A stretch of DNA of 64,000 nucleotides, taken from assembly GCA_963837955.1 (NCBI GenBank), contig CAWIPH010000002.1, positions 3,808,001 through 3,872,000 on the forward strand, read 5' to 3'. Shown piece by piece: positions 59,636 through 64,000 of the stretch. Source of the DNA: an uncultured Verrucomicrobiae bacterium. GTDB taxonomy: Bacteria > Verrucomicrobiota > Verrucomicrobiia > Chthoniobacterales > JAFAMB01. A model generated the notes under the pieces. It was not told the DNA's origin, made no database searches, and worked only from the letters and a program-made list of their open reading frames with translations. Both the position numbers and the translations under genes were made by a program. Numbering within the stretch: position 1 is the stretch's first letter; each line of letters opens with the position of its first letter.

Positions 59636-61699
59636 TCAACTTTGCTTAAGAGCATCTAGTACACTCTGCGCGCTGATCAACTCCGGCAAGAGCGAAGGTT
59701 CCCGATTCTTTCCGCCTGGGTAGACCAGATACATTGGGACGCCCGCTCGACCATGCTGTTTCAGGATTTCGGTGATGGTTGGATCTCCGTGAGTCCAATC
59801 CGCCCGCAGCGTAATTACTTGTCGTTGGGCAAACGCATTTCGAACCGCAGCAGTATCAATGGCGAAACGCTCATTCGCTTTGCAGGTGATGCACCAGTCG
59901 GCCGTAAAGTCGACAAACACCGGGCGACCGGAATCCAAGGCCGCGTCAAGTGACTCCTGACTAAATTTCTGCCAGGCGAGCTGGCTTGGCGCCGTAAAAA
60001 ATGCGTATCCGGCTATGGCCAAGATCACCACCCCGGCAATCGCTCCACCCGAGAGCCACTTCACTCTCGCGGGGGCGACTGGACTCCAGAAAGAGCCTTT
60101 AATCCAAGCAATTACGCCGATTACCAGCAGCAGCGCGCCCAAAACCACTATTGCGTCGACCCCTTTCAGCTGCCCGACAATCCACGCTAACCAGAGAACC
60201 GTTGCGAGCAGCAAGAATCCCAAGCATTGCTTAACCCGCACCATCCACCCACCCGGTTTTGGCAAATACCCCAGCCACTTCGGATTAGCGGCAAGCAGAA
60301 GGTAGGGCGCTGCCATTCCGACTCCGACCGCGAAGAAAATCAAGAACGTGATCAATGGGGGCTGAGCGAAGGCGAAAGCGGACGCCGTACCCAAGAATGG
60401 CGCTGTACACGGAGTGGCCAATACGGTTGCAAAGACGCCCTGGAAAAAAGCGCTGGCGTACCCTTGGCCCGCAGCTAACCGGGCCAGGCCCCCCGTTGCG
60501 CCGGCGGAAACTGTGATTTCGTAGACGCCAAGCAAATTCAACGCGAACGCAAAAACGATACAGGCGATAATCAACACGAATCGTTCATCCTGAAACTGGA
60601 ATCCCCAACCGACGTTCGCGCCGGCCGCCCGCAAAGCGACTACCCCAATCGCCAGCAATCCGAAGCAGGCCAAAATTCCCGCAGCAAACGTCAGAGCGAG
60701 TCGAAACGCCTTGTCGGGCTGGCCACCGGCTTCATTCACGAACCCGAAAATCTTCAAAGAAATTACCGGCAAGACACACGGCATTACATTCAGAATTAGG
60801 CCGCCCACAAGCGCGAACCCCACCGCCTGCAACAGCGCTGCGAAGTCGAGTGTTTGCGCCGCATTCCCAGCGGCAATCCCGCCCGATGTGTTCAGTGTCT
60901 GCGCCGGCACCTCGAATGCTTCCGTTTTCTGGCCGTCGGTGATCACGGCAACACCGCCCAGCTGATCCAACGGTTTGCCCTCAGATTCGATCGAAAAGAT
61001 CACCGTTTTTCCCGCTTGCTTTGCGTGGCCTAAGACCACCTCGGGGGGCGGTTCCGGGTAAAAATCGAGCGAACTGGAAGATGTCACTCCGGAAAAAGCT
61101 GCCGTAATTTGCTGACCCTGACGGGAAATATTCAGCCGGTAGGTCGCGGGGAGAGCTTGCGGTACCTGGGCGGCAAATTTTTGAAAGATCGCCGGATCAA
61201 CGCGAGCCTGACCGGATCCAGAGTTAAGCTCCAAACTGAGGCTCGCCTCTCCGGGCACACAAGAGCTCTGGCAAACCAACCATTTCGAGTCGGCCTTTAT
61301 TGAGATCGGCCCTGGGGGCAATGTCGCCGGCGCCTCTACGTCGGTGAATAACAAAACTTCCGAGCTGTAAGCGAAGACCTCGAGTTCACCCGGTTCTTTG
61401 TCCCGAGTTGGCAAGGGCCAATGAAGAGGACCCGCTTGAAAGCCAGGGGGTAAATGCCAGTCTATTTGGGTCGGGATCCCGGAATCCCCGGCAAACTTCC
61501 AATAGATGTGCCACTCCGGTTCGATCTGGTACAAAACGCCGATCCGGAATTTCTGACCTGCTCGAACGGTGGCCGTATCCGCCAGGAGCGTCGCATGAAC
61601 TAGCTCGCGTCCGTCCTTGATCTGTGCCCGCCCCAGCTGGGCTCCGCAAAAGAGACAGAACAAAAACAGGAAGACTAACCTTGGGGCGACCTTTTTCAT
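59636..61699 (-). CDS. dsbD: Protein-disulfide reductase DsbD family
   Basis: WHIYWK..GDSG, CQSSC, LNVMPCVLP, TPCTAP, DFTADWCITCK. Confidence 0.92.
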   Translation of the reverse strand: MKKVAPRLVFLFLFCLFCGAQLGRAQIKDGRELVHATLLADTATVRAGQKFRIGVLYQIEPEWHIYWKFAGDSGIPTQIDWHLPPGFQAGPLHWPLPTRDKEPGELEVFAYSSEVLLFTDVEAPATLPPGPISIKADSKWLVCQSSCVPGEASLSLELNSGSGQARVDPAIFQKFAAQVPQALPATYRLNISRQGQQITAAFSGVTSSSSLDFYPEPPPEVVLGHAKQAGKTVIFSIESEGKPLDQLGGVAVITDGQKTEAFEVPAQTLNTSGGIAAGNAAQTLDFAALLQAVGFALVGGLILNVMPCVLPVISLKIFGFVNEAGGQPDKAFRLALTFAAGILACFGLLAIGVVALRAAGANVGWGFQFQDERFVLIIACIVFAFALNLLGVYEITVSAGATGGLARLAAGQGYASAFFQGVFATVLATPCTAPFLGTASAFAFAQPPLITFLIFFAVGVGMAAPYLLLAANPKWLGYLPKPGGWMVRVKQCLGFLLLATVLWLAWIVGQLKGVDAIVVLGALLLVIGVIAWIKGSFWSPVAPARVKWLSGGAIAGVVILAIAGYAFFTAPSQLAWQKFSQESLDAALDSGRPVFVDFTADWCITCKANERFAIDTAAVRNAFAQRQVITLRADWTHGDPTITEILKQHGRAGVPMYLVYPGGKNREPSLLPELISAQSVLDALKQS

Positions 61700-62450
61700 G
61701 GAATCTCAGGTTACAGCGAAATCAGCACCAATTTATTCCAGAAAGCTCGATTCCGCGAAGTCGAGATGAGGCCCCACAAGAGCATGCCGGAGGCGCTACG
61801 CGGCTGAGGGGCAACGCCGCGAATGAGCCGCCCCTGTCTCACCGCCCCAGGCCAGGCGTCTTTTTGGTTCAGATTGCGTCGCTGACTCATATTGCATCGG
61901 TTATGCGCTCCCTCCTCCCTCCGAAGCAATAAACTCGCTCCGAGCGCGCATTGGCTATAGCGAATGCAGGGCACTAATTGGATGCAGAGGCGGAAGGCTC
62001 GACTTTTTTTCGTCAGCGGCAAGCTTCGCGTAACCGAAGGTCGTGATCAAACGTCGTTTATCTTTGGCGGCTTTCAGGAATTTGCGTCTCTGCTCTTTCC
62101 CATTCCTATAGAGAATTCAGGCATCCCTGCGATCCATTGAGTGATCGCATGCGGTCGATTTTAATCGATCTTTGCTGTTAGCCAGGAGACCACACGCGCG
62201 CGGGCAGGGCCGCGCCCAGCCTGCGCCCGGAGTCCTCAGATGGCTTCGCAATTCACCTTGAGAGACGCCCGGACCCATCCCACCAGCCGATCAGCCGGTC
62301 TTTGAATGCAGTTTGCACGTCGATTCGATCTCCTTGCACACTCGATTGGCCAAACGCCAGACCTACTCCGAATCTCCCCAGGGAAAGGCAACTGTTTGCT
62401 GGTTTGGCACGCATCTAGCATCCAGGAGAATCCATACTTCTGGTGATGTT

Positions 62451-62600
62451 ATGATTTCCTGGTTTCTCATTGGCCTTATCGTCGCCATCCCAACCGCGCT
62501 AGTCTGGTGTTCTGGGCCGTCAACCCGGCCCCGGTGGTTATTCCGGGGTTTTTTCCTGCTGATCTTCCTGGTTTTCGTCCTCACGGCTCTGATGTCTTAA
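62451..62600 (+). CDS. Possible small two-TM membrane protein (49 aa)
   Basis: MISWFLIGLIVAIPTALVW...FFLLIFLVFVLTALMS; two clean hydrophobic helices. Confidence 0.45.
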   Translation: MISWFLIGLIVAIPTALVWCSGPSTRPRWLFRGFFLLIFLVFVLTALMS

Positions 62601-62628
62601 CGCACCAGGGCGGGGTCCCGGAATCCGG

Positions 62629-63105
62629 CTACCCGGCCGCAGATTTTTCGGGAGTTCCGGGCGCACCTCGTTCCGCCTTAAGCAAATCGCGAATCTCAGC
62701 CAAGAGCTTTTCCTCGCCTGACGGGCCCTTCGGCGGCGCTGGCGCACGGAACCGATTTACTTGCTGGATCACGATAAATAAAACAAACGCGATTATCAGG
62801 AACTCAATCAGCGTGTTTAGAAACGCGCCGTAAGCCACGACCGCTAACCCTTTGTCCGTTGCTTCTTTCAAAGAGCCAGCCGGCTGGCCAGACAGGTTAA
62901 CGAAGAGGCTGGAGAAATCGACCTTGCCCAGCAGCAAACCAAACGGCGGCATGATCACGTTATTCACCAACGCGGTGACGATTTTTCCGAACGCCGCACC
63001 AATAATCACACCGATCGCCAAATCGATGACTGAACCTTTCATCGCGAAGTCTCTGAATTCTTGAAGGAATGACTTAGCCGTTTCTCCGATTTTCGATGCA
63101 CTCAT
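62629..63105 (-). CDS. mscL: Large-conductance mechanosensitive channel
   Basis: [38 protein letters not shown]. Confidence 0.97.
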   Translation of the reverse strand: MSASKIGETAKSFLQEFRDFAMKGSVIDLAIGVIIGAAFGKIVTALVNNVIMPPFGLLLGKVDFSSLFVNLSGQPAGSLKEATDKGLAVVAYGAFLNTLIEFLIIAFVLFIVIQQVNRFRAPAPPKGPSGEEKLLAEIRDLLKAERGAPGTPEKSAAG

Positions 63106-63268
63106 TTTATTGAAATACGATTGCTAATGATCAAAACGAACCTCTCCCAAGACGCCGACTTGAGGCGACCTGGGTTAAATCCTCGACCTATTACGTAGCC
63201 GCAGTCAGAACAAGACGCATGGCAAAGTCACAAGGTGGTGGCCAGTCGCGCTTATCGATCGGGAATTG

Positions 63269-63838
63269 ATGGCAGAGGAAGAAATACTAAGTCTGACCAA
63301 GCGGGTTAGGAACTCCGACGAAGCTGCCGCCAAAAGCCTCGTAGAACTGGTGTACCCCACTATCATCCGAATAGTCCGGAATCACCTGCCCAGGCGCGAA
63401 TCCGAGGAGGATCTTTGCCAGGAAATCTTTTTGAAGCTCTTCTCGAAGTTACATCAGTTCCGCGCCGATATGCCGTTCGAACATTGGGTGTCCAGGATCG
63501 CCGTCAACACCTGTATCGACCATCTGCGCAAGCAGAAGATCCGCCCTGAATTTCGTTGGTCGGATTTCACCGTCGAGCAGGAGGCGATGCTCGACAATTT
63601 GAAAAACTCAGCCATTCTTCCACCAGAGCGCTCTCCTGAAGAAGCTCGCGATTTACTCGATCGACTGATGCAAGGTCTTAAACCGGATGAGCGGGCTGTA
63701 GTTAACTGGCTCCACCTTGAAGAAAAATCGATCGCGGAAATATGTGACTTAACGGGTTGGTCTGCGTCTAAGGTAAAGGTGATAGCCTTTCGAGGCAGAC
63801 AAAGACTTTCCTCGATTGTCAAACGGCTTGAAAAATGA
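63269..63838 (+). CDS. ECF-type RNA polymerase sigma factor
   Basis: EDLCQEIF, WVSRIAVNTC, SIAEI..TGWS.SKVKV. Confidence 0.92.
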   Translation: MAEEEILSLTKRVRNSDEAAAKSLVELVYPTIIRIVRNHLPRRESEEDLCQEIFLKLFSKLHQFRADMPFEHWVSRIAVNTCIDHLRKQKIRPEFRWSDFTVEQEAMLDNLKNSAILPPERSPEEARDLLDRLMQGLKPDERAVVNWLHLEEKSIAEICDLTGWSASKVKVIAFRGRQRLSSIVKRLEK

Positions 63839-64000
63839 AAGACGACGTTTTGGAGCATCTTTTTGAGCGGGCTAGAGGTGCACAAGTATCTCCGGTCGCG
63901 ACACTCCCTGCCGGCTTCGCAGACCGAGTCACTGGGCGTTATCAGCTCGAAGTGCGCCGGGAAAGAACTACGATGCGGGCGTCGTTGCTGTCGGTTTCCG
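63835..64000 (+). CDS. Putative anti-sigma factor (3'-truncated by window edge)
   Basis: ATGA overlap with the ECF gene; MKDDVLEHLFERAR...PAGFADRV, open to the window end. Confidence 0.6.
   Translation, partial: MKDDVLEHLFERARGAQVSPVATLPAGFADRVTGRYQLEVRRERTTMRASLLSVS

Overview
This 64 kb window is gene-dense bacterial chromosome, most likely from a soil-type Verrucomicrobia lineage; that assignment is inferred from the style of the S21, GAPDH and DUF5069-like proteins, not from a database search. In order it carries: a CUT2 pentose ABC transporter with a FucI/AraA-family isomerase; an SDR divergent from a CUT1 ABC/nucleoside hydrolase operon; ilvD; an ECF sigma/anti-sigma pair; gntK with a truncated gntP; rfbB; a B12-dependent acyl-CoA mutase of IcmF type encoded as two separate genes; lemA-TPM-TPM; rpsU; ccsA-like-hemA-hemC-cobA/hemD; apt; oppBC; a bifunctional homocysteine methyltransferase/MTHFR; rpsT; two tRNAs; GT4-glgB; xseA; a FIST + small alarmone hydrolase pair; an RND pump; gap-pgk-tpiA; ftsH; dsbD-redoxin; mscL; and a second ECF pair. 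No transposase, integrase, phage or CRISPR-cas gene is visible. The intergenic DNA is rich in at least five families of REP/REPIN-like palindromes and 7-, 9- and 10-mer microsatellites; one sits at the gntP breakpoint and another brackets a whole gene. The most notable items are the split IcmF, the FIST-SAH pair and the REP-like elements with covarying stems.
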